A stretch of 64,000 nucleotides of DNA from the human T2T-CHM13v2.0 reference genome, Homo sapiens: NCBI RefSeq assembly GCF_009914755.1, contig NC_060932.1; one strand, written 5' to 3'. This document shows positions 28,708-41,773 of this stretch, piece by piece. The notes beneath the pieces were generated by a model that made no database searches, was not told where the DNA came from, and worked only from the letters and a program-made list of their open reading frames with translations. Within the stretch, counting starts at the first letter, position 1. The number at the start of each line of letters is the position of its first letter. The position numbers and the translations under genes were made by a program.

Positions 28708-29926
28708 CAGTGGGTTTTCGTTATTAACAGCAGTTACGTTCTGTGAAGTCACCGTGAACACTGAACCCTTGCTCCTGAAGAAACACAGGTTCCTGCAAGC
28801 CTCTAGCCAGGGCAATTTTGTCAATCAATCAGTGCATAACCTTGTTTTATTTGTGTTTCTGCTTAGACACCTGATTTAATATCTACTGCTGACTCATCAG
28901 TGCTGAACTCAGAGCTGACAGCCCATGGCTCGAGCTTGGGCGAAGCTTCTCTAACACGTGTTTTCTCTGTAGGGCATGTCACAGCCTTGCACTTAGACTG
29001 TCTAGACAGCACCTCAGCACCAAGCTTGGGGCCATTTTAAACAGTGAAATCACCCACAAAAAGCATGAAAATGCACCAAATCTGGACGAAATAAAGCATG
29101 CAAAGGACAGATGTGTGCAGTGTGCACTGACATAAGGCCGCATGTTGCCCTTTCAACTGCAGTGGAAAATTGTGCATCGGAGACTCAGAGGTCCGTCATG
29201 GAGCAGGTGTCCAGTGAGAGCAGGTGTCCAGTGAGAGCAGGCGTCCAGTGAGAGCAGGCGTCCAGTGAGAGCAGGTGTCCAGTGAGAACAGGCGTCCAGT
29301 GAGAGCAGGCGTCCAGTAAGAGCAGGCGTCCAGTGAGAGCAGGCGTCCAGTGAGAACAGGCGTCCAGTGAGAGCAGGCGTCCAGTGAGAGCAGGTGTCCA
29401 GTGAGAACAGGCGTCCGGTGAGAGCAGGCGTCCGGTGAGAGCAGCTGTCCAGTGAGAGCAGGCGTCCAGTGAGAGCAGGCGTCCGGTGAGAGCAGGCGTC
29501 CAGTGAGAGCAGCTGTCCAGTGAGAACAGGCGTCCAGTGAGAGCAGGCGTCCAGTGAGAGCAGGCGTCCAGTGAGAGCAGGCGTCCAGTGAGAGCAGCTG
29601 TCCAGTGAGAGCAGGTGTCCAGTGAGAGCAGGCGTCCAGTGAGAGCAGCTGTCCAGTGAGAGCAGGCGTCCAGTGAGAGCAGGCATCCAGTGAGAGCAGG
29701 CGTCCAGTGAGAGCAGCTGTCCAGTGAGAGCAGGCGTCCAGTGAGAGCAGGCGTCCAGTGAGAGCAGCTGTCCAGTGAGAGCAGCTGTCCAGTGAGAGCA
29801 GGCGTCCAGTGAGAGCAGGTGTCCAGTGAGAACAGGTGTCCAGTGTGAGCACAGCTTTGGGGGTTCCAGGTAGAGTTTAGCAAGCAGGTGAATTCACGAC
29901 CGGGCTCCCCGGTGATGAGCTGACTC
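28708..29926. mobile_element. MER82 (TcMar-Tigger) fossil containing the 17-bp VNTR
   Basis: gaagcttctctaacacg...ctagacagcacctcagcac...gggccattttaaacag...cacaaaaagca before the VNTR, and ttgggggttcc...tttagcaagcaggtgaattcac after it, match contiguous recalled MER82 consensus. Confidence 0.75.
29201..29851. repeat. Minisatellite, 17-bp unit (gagcaggcgtccagtga), ~38 copies
   Basis: Direct reading; variants gcaggtgtcc, gcagctgtcc, gaacagg and tccggtga. Confidence 0.98.
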
Positions 29927-30717
29927 TGGTCCCGGGATCCCGCTTGGACTTTGTGTCCCTGCTCTGAGCTTGTCATCTGGCCACTCGCTCCTGGGAAAAT
30001 TCTTCTGTCACGGCCCCTCCGAGACTCCGAACTGACTTCTGCCTTTCACGGTACCCTCAGGATTTCCCTGCGACTGCCTGGATGCTTTCCTGATGTTTGA
30101 TGCTGTTCTGTAAAATCTTGGTAACATCTGGAGGTTTGGGTGGGGAGGGGCAGAGGGTGTGGCCTGCTCTGTTCTCTCCCTGCCTCTCCTCCCCATGCCA
30201 CTCCCTTTGCTCAGGTGCTTACTGGCCTTCCTTGGTCTGAGTGGATTCCTCCTCTGCAGCCTCAGAGCCTAGCAGTGCGTCCCTCCTGTCCCTGCTGGAA
30301 TGCTTTTTCAGACACACAAGCCTGCTGTGCTGCTTCCCTATTTAAACTCCCCTGCTGGCTGGACCTCTAGTGTGTAGTTGTGACTTTGTGGTGTATGACG
30401 CCTTCATGGCCCCATGCCCGCACTATAACATGCCAGCTGTTTCTGCAGCTACATCTCCACTGGCACCATGACAGCCAGGTGGCTTCTGTGTTCCAGCCTC
30501 CTGGGGCCACCTTCCTTTCCCTTAGTGCAGCCCCCTTCACCCCACCCTTTTTGCTCAGCAAACACCTACTTATCTTTCAAAACACAAGTCAAGGATCACT
30601 TTTGCATAGGATCAAACGACAAGCCTTCCCCAACTTGCAAACTTTTAACCCTGTTTGCAGATAGTATCTTGTACTTAAAATGTATTTCCATTGGCAGAGT
30701 CAATATTACTTTCTTGT

Positions 30718-31395
30718 TTTTTAAACTTTTATTAAGGAGTAACTTTTATGCAATAAAATGAACAGGTATTAAGTGAGTTCCATGAGTTTTGACAATTGAA
30801 CACGACCCTGTAGTCACCACCCAAGACGAAGACGTCCCGTCATCTCCGAAAGTCCTGTGTGCCCGTTCCTGGAAGATCGCCCACCCACCGTCCCCAGGGG
30901 CTCTCACTTGCTGCTTCTATCACTGTAGAATATTTTTCCTACTCTTAAAAAAATGGATTCATTGAGTATGTATTTTTTTGACTTTGCTTATTTCACTCAA
31001 TGTAGCGTTTTTGAGATTTATTCATGTTGGTGCATGTATCAATAGTTTCTTTCCTATTGTTGATGATCAATCTTCTGCTGAAGAATGTGCCACATTTCGC
31101 CTTTCCATTCTCTGGATGGACTCCTGGCTGTTGGGAATTTGAGGCTGTTGTGAATGAGGCTGCTATGACTATTTCTGTTGAAGTCTTTCCATAGACATTT
31201 GTTTTCATTTCTCTTGGGTAAATGCTAGGAGAGGAACTGCTGGCCATAGATGTCAATGTGAGATGTTGTAACTTTTGGAGAACTTGGCACACAGCCCTCA
31301 TTGATGGCTGCACTGCCTCATACTCCCACCAGGCAGGGCTGGGAGCTCCTGGCTCTCCGGGTCCTCATCAGCACTTGCTGGTGTCAGTCTTTTGT
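30718..31395 (-). mobile_element. Old L1 3' fragment (L1MB/ME-type)
   Basis: ttcactcaatgtagcgtttttgagatttattcatgttg...gttttcatttctcttgggtaaatgctagg...tactcccaccag. Confidence 0.8.
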
Positions 31396-31709
<314 letters not shown>

Positions 31710-31840
31710 AGTCTTTTGTACTTTAACTGCTCCCGAGGCCCCTGTTGCATCTTCACCAGGCTGTTTGCATCAGTTTCTTGTCTGTCAGCTGAAAGATCTC
31801 CAAAGGGGCTGGTTCTCTGTCCTGGCACTCCCCGTGGTGC

Positions 31841-32680
31841 TCAGGACCTGCAGCCCTGTGCCCTGGCACTGGCCAGGTGATGGGTGCCTGCTTCCATTGG
31901 CACTGAAAGCAAACTCTTGTTGATTCAGGACCTGCAGCCCCGTGCCCCGGTGCTGGCCAGGTGATGGGTGCCTGCTTCCATTGGCACTGAAAGCAAACGC
32001 TTGTTGAGTCAGGACCTGCAGCCCCGTGCCCCGGTGCTGGCCAGGTGACGGGTGCCTGCTTCCGTTGGCACTGAAAGCAAACGCTTGTTGATTCAGAACC
32101 TGCAGCCCCGTGCCCCGGCGCTGACCAGGTGATGGGTGCCTGCTTCCGTTGGCACTGAAAGCAAATGCTTGTTGCGTCAGGACCTGCAGCCCCGTGCCCC
32201 GGCGCTGGCCAGGTGATGGGTGCCTGCTTCTGTTGGCACTGAAAGCAAACGCTTGTTGAGTCAGGACCTGCAGCCCCGTGCCCCGGCGCTGGCCAGGTGA
32301 TGGGTGCCTGCTTCTGTTGGCACTGAAAGCAAACGCTTGTTGAGTCAGGACCTGCAGCCCCGTGCCCCGGTGCTGGCCAGGTGATGGGTGCCTGCTTCCG
32401 TTGGCACTGAAAGCAAACGCTTGTTGCGTCAGGACCTGCAGCCCCGTGCCCCGGCGCTGGCCAGGTGATGGGTGCCTGCTTCTGTTGGCACTGAAAGCAA
32501 ACGCTTGTTGAGTCAGGACCTGCAGCCCCGTGCCCTGGTGCTGGCCAGGTGATGGGTGCCTGCTTCCGTTGGCGCTGAAAGCAAACGCTTGTTGAGTCAG
32601 GACCTGCAGCCCCGTGCCCCGGCGCCAGCCAGGTGACGGGTGCCTGCTTCCGTTGGCACTGAAAGTAAACGCTTGTTGAG
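31841..32680. repeat. Minisatellite, 84-bp unit, 10 copies
   Basis: tcaggacctgcagcccc at exact 84-bp steps from 31841 to 32597; explains the 28-aa periodic ORF 31753-32691. Confidence 0.98.
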
Positions 32681-33268
32681 AGCCTTCCCACTTGATATTT
32701 TCCTTAGAATCTTGGAGTGTTTTTGTGTGTGTGCATGTCCTGACCTAGGATTTCAGGTCGCTGGGGACAGTATGACACATGTTGGGATTAAGAGACTCTG
32801 TCGGTCCTGTGCCCTCCCTCACTGCCTCTCACCCCACATGCTCACACCAGCTGTGACTTCTTTTGGATGAAGCCAGTTTTCTCCCTAAGAATCCGAGTGT
32901 CTTTGGGAGGCCGACACCCCAGGCCTTCTCTCTGGGTTTCAGCTCAGCCTGGGCTCCTTTCTCGGGCTCCTTCCCTCGTCAGCACCGTCACAGCTCTGTT
33001 TTCTGAGTGGTCATGCCCAGGCACTTACAGTTTCACTGGCAGAGGCTTTGTTTACAGTTGCGCTTGTCTCGTGGGCAGAGGAGGGAGTGTGGCGGGAGGG
33101 GGTTGAATAATTAGGAGCAGCAGGATCCTGGGTGCCTGGGTGGGAGGTGGCCGTACCAGAGAATTAGAGGCGTTTGATGTGCGCTCTGCTGGGAGTTGGA
33201 AAAAAGGTTGGAAGTTGGCAAATTCAGCTTACTTCATGTTTTGTTTTTGGCTGGCTCTGTGTACCTAA

Positions 33269-33640
<372 letters not shown>

Positions 33641-34335
33641 CCTCACTTTGAATTATTAAAAGGGCTTAAGTCTCATGAATTAATGCTGTAATTGCAGTGA
33701 TTGGATTCGCATTTCTAGTGCTTTAATGAAAGCCGCAGTGATGGCCAGACAGAAGCAGCGTACCGAGAAAACCATGTTTCTGGATGTCCTTTTAAAACTT
33801 TCAGCACAGGCCCACATTCTGAAGAAAGCCATGCCTACCTCTCTTGGTGTCTGCTGGCTCTAATCTGGTCTATGCCACATGCCAAGTGGAGCTCCTGAGG
33901 ATATGGTCATGCTGTGCCCGAGGTGTGGGTCCTGCCAGGCTCCAGGCCTGCGTGAGGACTTTGTGCGGCAGAATCATCAGTGTTCCCTGGTGGTTTGAGA
34001 GGGTTTTAAAGATGTACAGACATTGTGTTTTCTTTAAAGATTAGAGGGCAAATGCTGGAGAGGCCTAGTGAGGCAGTTCTGTGATGTTTGTTTGGTGTTG
34101 CCTGCAAAGGAGAATCAGCTAGATGTGGGCTGTTTGCACAATGAGTTCAGACGGTTGTACACAACCATGTAACCAACACCAGGGGCCCAGCCCTGGCTCT
34201 CATGGCGGAGCAGCCTCCATCTGCCAGGCATGGAGACTCTAACCCACAGCTGGGCCGGGGCCTGTGTCCTGCTGCCTTGGGAGTTGAGATTGACATGATG
34301 AGATGCCTGCATTGACATCTACAGTGGAGAACCTT

Positions 34336-34523
34336 GTGCACCTGCATGTGTGTGTGTACATGTATGTTTATATGTGTGTGCATGTCTATGTGTGCACATG
34401 CGTGTGCATGTGTGTACATGTATGTGTATGTGCATGTGTGCATGTGTGTGTCTGTGTGTCCATGGGTGTTTGTGTGTATGTGTATGTGCATGTGTGCATG
34501 TGTGTGTCTGTGTGCACATATGT
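34336..34523. repeat. Degenerate (TG)n/(TGCATG)n alternating purine-pyrimidine tract
   Basis: Direct reading. Confidence 0.95.
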
Positions 34524-35680
34524 TTTCTGAGAGTGGGGTTGTGCAGGCAGGGCTGTGACATTTGCTGAGAAGAGGTTGCTGTTGGCAGCCCTGCGTCTCC
34601 AAGGCCGGGTCTGTACTTCCCCCAGCAATCCCCGGCCATGCTGTGTCCTCGCCCCCTCAAATGCTGCTCCTCTCCTTGGCTTGCTTGTTGTGCCCCCCCA
34701 CCCTTCCTGGGTCCCCATCCACCTGCCACCGTCCACAGCCTGATACACCTTCAATGGCTGGTTTGGGGTTTCTGGCTCATGAATCCTGTTGATATTAACC
34801 TCTCACCAGATCCGTGGTCTTCTCTTACCACGCTGCGTGTTCACAGATCCCACTGCATGATCGGTTGATTAGACCGAAGGCGTTGTGCCTGCGTGTTTCT
34901 CTCTCACTTCACAGAGTACTGGGTGCACCTTCCGTGGTTGACACGCAGAGTGGCAAGCAGCCGCAAAGCAATAATTATGATCAATACAACTTTGTTGGAT
35001 TAATGAAGCAGTTTAAGGAAATAAGAAAAGCATCTCCGTGAGGAGATCATCTGAGGAGTGCAGCAGTGGACCTTAGGGCCTTGGATTCAGGTGTAGGGAA
35101 TCTCCTTTGTAAAGAGAAACTGAGGAAGATTGGGTTTGCATAAGGCCCCGTGGGCCCCACTCTTATGCTAAAGTCTTCAGGCTTGGAAGTGCTGCCTTCA
35201 TTAGGATGGAGCATACGTACTTTCAGAGCATGTGCGTTAATGAAGTTAAGGAAAGAGCGGTGAGATCACGGAATGCTGAAAGGCTGTGCTGCCTGGTTCG
35301 GCCTTAGCCCTGGGTCTTTCCTGAGTAGCTGTGTGGCCAGTGGGCTTGTGGGGCTCGCTGGACGGTGGGGCTGCTGGGATGGGCTTTGAAACACCTGCTT
35401 CTCCTGTGCAGCGGGCTTCCTGTGATGAGTGGCTGTCCTTAGCCCACTGTGCCTTCCCACTCTCCAGCAATGTGACTTTCAGCTCATTTTGATGAGAAAT
35501 AACGTTCACAATAGGCTGTTTCTCTCCTGGGGGTTCACACAGATGGTCCCTGCTCGGGGATGGCTCACTGCCCTTGCTCGCCACCCAGGTGGCTGTGCCC
35601 TTTCGTACCTGAGCCGCCTGACCCTGTTGTCTTCACTCAAGCTCACTGTCATAGTGTAATAAGTGGCCATTCAGTGAACA

Positions 35681-36453
35681 CTGGGCCCTCCGTCCTCACG
35701 GCCTGGGGAATGGTCCGCACTCCTCCTGGGCCCTCCGTCCTCACGGCCTGGGGAACGGTCTGCACCCCTCCTGGGTCCTCTGTCCTCACAGCCTGAGGAA
35801 CAGTCCGCACCCCTCCTGGGCCCTCCGTCCTCACGGCCTGGGGAATGGTCCGCACTCCTCCTGGGCCCTCCGTCCTCACGGCCTGGGGAATGGTCCGCAC
35901 CCCTCCTGGGCCCTCCGTCCTCACGGCCTGGGGAACGGTCTGCACCCCTCCTGGGTCCTCTGTCCTCACGGCCTGGGGAATGGTCCGCACTCCTCCTGGG
36001 TCCTCCATCCTCACGGCCTGGGGAATGGTCCACACACCTCCTGGGCCCTCCGTCCTCACGGCCTGGGGAATGGTCCGCACCCCTCCTGGGCCCTCCGTCC
36101 TCACGGCCTGGGGAACGGTCTGCACCCCTCCTGGGCCCTCCGTCCTCACGGCCTGGGGAACAGTCTGCACCCCTCCTGGGCCCTCCGTCCTCACGGCCTG
36201 GGGAATGGTCCACACACCTCCTGGGCCCTCCGTCCTCACGGCCTGGGGAATGGTCCGCACTCCTCCTGGGTCCTCTGTCCTCACGGCCTGGGGAACGGTC
36301 CGCACCCCTCCTGGGCCCTCCATCCTCATGGCCTGGGGAATGGTCTGCACTCCTCCTGGGCCCTCCGTCCTCACGGCCTGGGGAACGATCTGCACCCCTC
36401 CTGGGTCCTCTGTCATCACGGCCTGGGGAATAGTCCGCGCTCCTCCTGGGTCC
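35681..36453. repeat. Minisatellite, 45-bp unit (ctgggccctccgtcctcacggcctggggaatggtccgcacycctc), ~17 copies
   Basis: Exact 45-bp periodicity; explains three 15-aa periodic ORFs. Confidence 0.98.
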
Positions 36454-38865
36454 CCCCACCTCAGGCCACAGCTTCCCTCATCCAGCCCAGTCTTCCTGGT
36501 TGAAGTCAGTGCTCTGGGCCCCTGGGCAGCATCTCCACCCTGGGGTGGCCTCAGCGGGTCCCGCATTGGGGTCGTGTTGTCCTTGCCGCTGCTTCTCAAC
36601 TTGCTGGGTGGTGGTAGCTGAGGTCCCAGATTGGCTCATCCAGTCCGGACGGCACATCCAGCTCTGTGCCAGGCGCTCAGGGGCTGCATGGCGGGGTGGG
36701 ACCCAGCCACCCTCAGAACCCACAGCCCCCGAGAGGCTGCATCTCACCGTCTCAGGGGTCTTTTAGACAGGTTTTCCCTTGATCGCCGCCCTGCATGGAA
36801 TTTTACTAGCAGAGGCAGGTTGCATCTTTCTGTAGGCCGTGGTCTCTCAGACGGTCACACACCACCATAACATCTAAGATCTCTTCAGGTCCCAAGTACC
36901 CGTTTTCACCCCTGGGGCTGATGTGGCCCCTCTGAGAAAGTGAATGGGAGCGAACTCGTTTGCAGCAGTGAGCAGACTCCGAGCAGAGTGGACAGTGCTG
37001 TGTCCAGGAGGGGGTGTGATTTTACACATAGTCTAAATAAAGGAAAGGTGGGTGGGGTCAAAAGAGGTAGAGAATGATTCCCGAAAAGGTAGGCATTTCT
37101 TGGGACCTTAAATCCTCTCTAGGGTTTGAGTAAGGTGAGAAGAGGCCACAAGGAGACCCAGGTAACAGCTGCCATGACGGGCTTGGACGCTGGTGGCGGC
37201 TTCTGGGCTCCGTGGCTCCCACGGCTCCTGGCTTTATGGCTGGGGTGCATTTGTGTGTCTAGACTTTGGGCCTGGGTTCATCCCCAGGCCCCGTCAGGGT
37301 CAGCTTGAGTGCCGCTTCCTCCCCACAAACCTCTCCATGTTTCTCCAGTGTGGAATTGCTTCCCCCAGCCTGGAGCTCACGCCCCATTTTATCTCTGCCT
37401 CTCTTCCTAGAATTATAGTATATTCCTTATATTATACTTACTTTTGCTTGTGGTTTATTCCTTGCTATATAGGCTGTAAACCCTCTACAAATAACATCTA
37501 CCTCTGCATGTATTGTCTTTTTTCCACTGTTTATTGATTGAAAGGGAAAGGGATCCTTGAGGCCACCTCTACTCTAGCTGCTCCTGTCCATGGGGAAATG
37601 GGAGCCCAGGAAAGCTTGGAGATGGCTCCCAGTAGGAGCTGCCTCTGACGTTACCAGTGAGATGCCCACCGAGAAGCATCACACATCTACACGCCTGGCA
37701 TTCTGCTTTTAAGTTAGTTGTGGGTTCATTCTTTTATAAAACTCGAATCACAAGATACAGTTAGAAGCAGGGCTGCCTCAATCCACTGGCCTTCCATGGT
37801 TAGTAGGAGTGGTTGGGTCAAAGGGATGTTTTACTATTTTAGCCAGAGAAACGTGCTGTACTTTGAATTTTATATTCCCATTTTGTGATACTTATGCTAA
37901 AATCATGAGCATAATGAATGAGCACATTATGTTTGCACTGCACTATTGATTAGACATTAACATTTTGCTAGCACCAGGAAGGAACTATAATTCATGCACT
38001 TAGGGCTTTCAAAAGAAATTTGGAGTCAGATTATGGATAGAAAGATGTATCCGTGAAATACATTTAACTGTAGCTCCAATGTGAATTTTAAGCTGCTGCC
38101 TTCTTGCTGGGTTGGCGGGGGGTGTGGATTTTAGATTTATATGGTGGCAAGAGTGGTGTTGGTTCAGAATAGGAAAAGGCCTCTCTGTTGTAGGTGATTA
38201 AGCACTAGGATATCCCATGCATGGCCCTGTAGGATTCTCATTGTGGAGATCTTTAAAAACCAGAGGGAGAATCATATATTTGTTTAATAATAGATTATTA
38301 TGCTCCCTGGAGTCAGAGCTATTCTAGATTTTTCCTTGAAGTCTATTTTAGTCCAATGATTCTGGGGTTTTTAAGGAGACTGTTTTCGTCTGTGTCTTCT
38401 TAGATGTTATGGATCCAGTGCTGAGACTCTTATGTAAGTTCAAAGAGAGGCAGGCAGCGATGGTCTCTGTGTTTGGGGTCCACACATATCCCGGCCCTCC
38501 TGCCTGTGTGGCGGTGGTGGAAACCGCTACTGCACCAGATACGTACTTCTGTTTCGAGGAGATCTTGGGTGACCGATTCTCCGGCCTTGTTGCTGTTTCC
38601 GTGTGTTATCAGGTGACGAGATGCAGGGCTGACATGCTATGGTTTGCTCTGTGTTCTCTAATTCACAATTTGTGCTTATTCGAAGAAATGAACACTGGCT
38701 AAGCTGCCTGTACTTTACCAGAAAAGTTCTAGCATAAGAAAAAAGCTCATTATGTTCTCTCTTTTCCCCCAAGATATTTGAAACTTTTAAATAATCTTTT
38801 CATTTTGATCCAGCTTAAGTCTTCCAGCAAGGGCACTGGTTGTCCTATACAAGTTAATATCACTT

Positions 38866-39176
38866 CTTTTTCATTTTATTTCTTTTTTTTGGACAGAGTC
38901 TCACTTTGTCACCCAGGCTCGAGTGCAGTGGTGCAATCATGGCTCACTGCAGCCTCGGCCTCCTGGGCTTAAGTGATCCTCCCACCTCAACCACTGAGTA
39001 GCTGGGACTGCAGGTGTGCACCACCACACCTGGCTAATTTTTTTTGTTTGTTTTTTTGTAGAGACGAGGTCTCCCTATGTTGTCCAGGCTGGTCTTGGAT
39101 TCCCAGGCTCAAGTGATTGGCCTGCCTTGCCCTCCCAAATTGTTGGGATTATAGGCGTGAGCTACTGCTCCTGGCC
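38866..39176 (-). mobile_element. AluJ
   Basis: Two-arm Alu, atcatggctcactgcagcctc and gatcctcccacctca. Confidence 0.92.
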
Positions 39177-39714
39177 TCTGCCTTTTTCTAAAAGCTCTAG
39201 ACACTTACCTGACTGATTCGTAATGGGAATGATTTGCCCCCTAAGCAAACTATTATTGTTTGGGTAGAGTTTTTCTTTTCTCATTTATAATGCCCAGAAT
39301 AATGAAGGGTTTTCATGAAGCTCTGTCAGTGGTGATTAGGATAAGGACTACTTCTTCCTGTTCCCAACTCCATGACCATATATCCTTCCTAAATTATTTC
39401 ATTTCTTCTGGATGGTTTCTTAGTCTAGGGAAGCCCTTCTGATCGCCAGCACAGTTGCTCAGTGTGCTCAGGGAGTTTCTTTGGGGCTGGGGCTTTCTTC
39501 CTATGGTGCTTCCTCATCTTTGGGGCCACTACGTTTTTATGTCCCGCTAGACTCTTCACTTATCTAAAGATCTTCCCTGAAAATAAAGCCCACACCCAAA
39601 CTCAGATGGCTCCCAGCTCGCAATCGGGTTGCATTTCACAATGCCCTTGTGTCAGTTGTTTTGAACTCCCAGACCACCTGTAGTTTCTAATGTTATAAAA
39701 GTATCCGTCCTATA

Positions 39715-39929
39715 ATTTTTTTTTCTTTTTTGGGACACGGTCTCTTTCTGTCACCCAGGCTGGAGGGCAGTGGCACGATCTGGGCTCACTCCGCCTCCCA
39801 GGCTGAAGCAATCATCCCTTCTCAGCCTCCTGAGTAGCTGGGACTACTCCTGAGCCCAAGCAGTCCGCCGGCCTTGGCCTCGGCCTCCCAAAGCGCAGGG
39901 ATTACATGCGTGAGCCACCGCACGCAGCC
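39715..39929 (-). mobile_element. Internally deleted AluJ
   Basis: Right arm ...agtagctgggact joined directly to left arm actcctgagc; central linker absent. Confidence 0.88.
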
Positions 39930-41321
39930 TGCGCTGTGATTTTTAAACGGTAGTTTCTAATGTCCCGTACACGTCTTGTTTGGATGTGGTCCAGGCTGGG
40001 AACATAGCCAGCACCTACAAGCATATTTCTAGGGGAAACCACATTCTGAATTTCAACTTGGTCTGTGAGTTCCTGCTGGGTTTCCCATCTAGCCCTTCCG
40101 TTTTGAGGAAGAAAAAGATAGAATGATGCATTTTGCCAATTCCTTTTACATAGAGTTTTTGCCAAGATTGTTTGGAAACCACATGGAAAATTGGGTGTCA
40201 GTTATCAGCTTAAGACTCAAAGAAGATGCCAGGCAGCAATTTACCTGTGTAGAATTGCAGCTGACTTGACTAATCGGATTGACTTGGTTGCAAGTGACAG
40301 ATACTCAGCTCATTCTGGTTGACAAAAGTAGAGACTTTACAGGATCATGTAATTGGAAGCAGGATCTGAGGCCTCACAGTTGTCATGGCGCTGGGTCTCA
40401 AGGTGTTACAGCTCTTCTCTCTGGAGGGCGGCCCAGGCAGCCAGGATTCACTGCCCGTCACTCTGCAGCAGCCGTGCCGCCAGTCGTTTCTGGATCTGTG
40501 AGTGGCGTGCGCGTCTCTGGACTGGTCACCGCGGCCAGGGGATCCAATGCGCACCTGGAGAATTGGCAAATCCTGGGAAGTATGGAGAGGTAGGGCTCCC
40601 CAAAGGGAGACTGAGGCAAGGTAGCACAAGAGGGACAGGTGCTCTGCAGAGAGAGTCGATAGGTGCCCTGGAAGCAGGTGCCCCCCGAACAGGTGTACCC
40701 GGAACAGGCTTCCTTGCTCGGCTGCTCCTGGGGTCCCTGCTGACCCCTTCGGGGCCAGCGCTCCATTTCCTTTCTCGTGGGAACTTTTCAGTGCATTTCA
40801 GAGAAGTCGTGATGGATTAAACACCATTTGCTTCGCATAACCATTGTTGAGTGACACAGCAGACTCTCCTACTCAATTACAATTTGAAATATGATGTCGC
40901 TCTTCTTATTAAAGAGGTTATATAAGTTAGAGAACAGTATATAAAAGAAGAAGCATTAAATTATCACCGATACAAATGACTGGGACCCCTAAGAGCAAGG
41001 CTGGAAGGAAAGATGAGATCCTTGATAACCGCACTGTGTGGCTGGGGTCGTGGACAGTGTGGTTTTCCCCTGGAACTGGGCATCTAATAACACAAGCACG
41101 TGCTTTCACCCTGAATCTCCTACCTGGGACAGAAAACCTCAAATAATTCTTGACTGAAAGACTTTCAGCCACTGCTGCAGAGGTCAGATTCTGCCACGCA
41201 CTTCTGTATTTAGGGTTTTAACTTGCTCTGTGTGGATTTTTCCCAGTGGGCTGGTGGCACGACATTTCATCTTCTCATCCTAAACTCCGAGTTCTTCTCT
41301 GGTGTGATGCAAAGGTACTCG

Positions 41322-41773
41322 TTCTCATTCATAAGTTCTCTCTCCTCTTTTTCTTCTCATTCATACGTTCTCTCTCCTCTTTTTCTTCTCATTCATACGT
41401 TCTCTCTCCTCTTTTTCTTCTCATTCATACGTTCTCTCTCCTCTTTTTCTTCTCATTCATACGTTCTCTCTCCTCTTTTTCTTCTCATTCATACGTTCTC
41501 TCTCCTCTTTTTCTTCTCATTCATACGTTCTCTCTCCTCTTTTTCTTCTCATTCATACGTTCTCTCTCCTCTTTTTCTTCTCATTCATACGTTCTCTCTC
41601 CTCTTTTTCTTCTCATTCATACGTTCTCTCTCCTCTTTTTCTTCTCATTCATACGTTCTCTCTCCTCTTTTTCTTCTCATTCATATGTTCTCTCTCCTCT
41701 TTTTCTTCTCATTCATATGTTCTCTCTCCTCTTTTTCTTCTCATTCATATGTTCTCTCTCCTCTTTTTCTTCA
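41322..41773. repeat. Pyrimidine-rich minisatellite, 32-bp unit (gttctctctcctctttttcttctcattcatac), ~14 copies
   Basis: Direct reading; near-identical units. Confidence 0.98.

Noticed and set aside
29153-29976. Three overlapping periodic ORFs (LTGRLLSLDACSHWTPA), superficially LRR-like
   Set aside because: Artefact of a 17-bp unit with no stop on the - strand, cycling through all frames.
31753-32691. 312-aa Cys-containing repeat ORF (CFQC), superficially zinc-finger-like with a 28-aa period
   Set aside because: Direct translation of the 84-bp VNTR; lacks the HxxxH and TGEKP features of C2H2 arrays.
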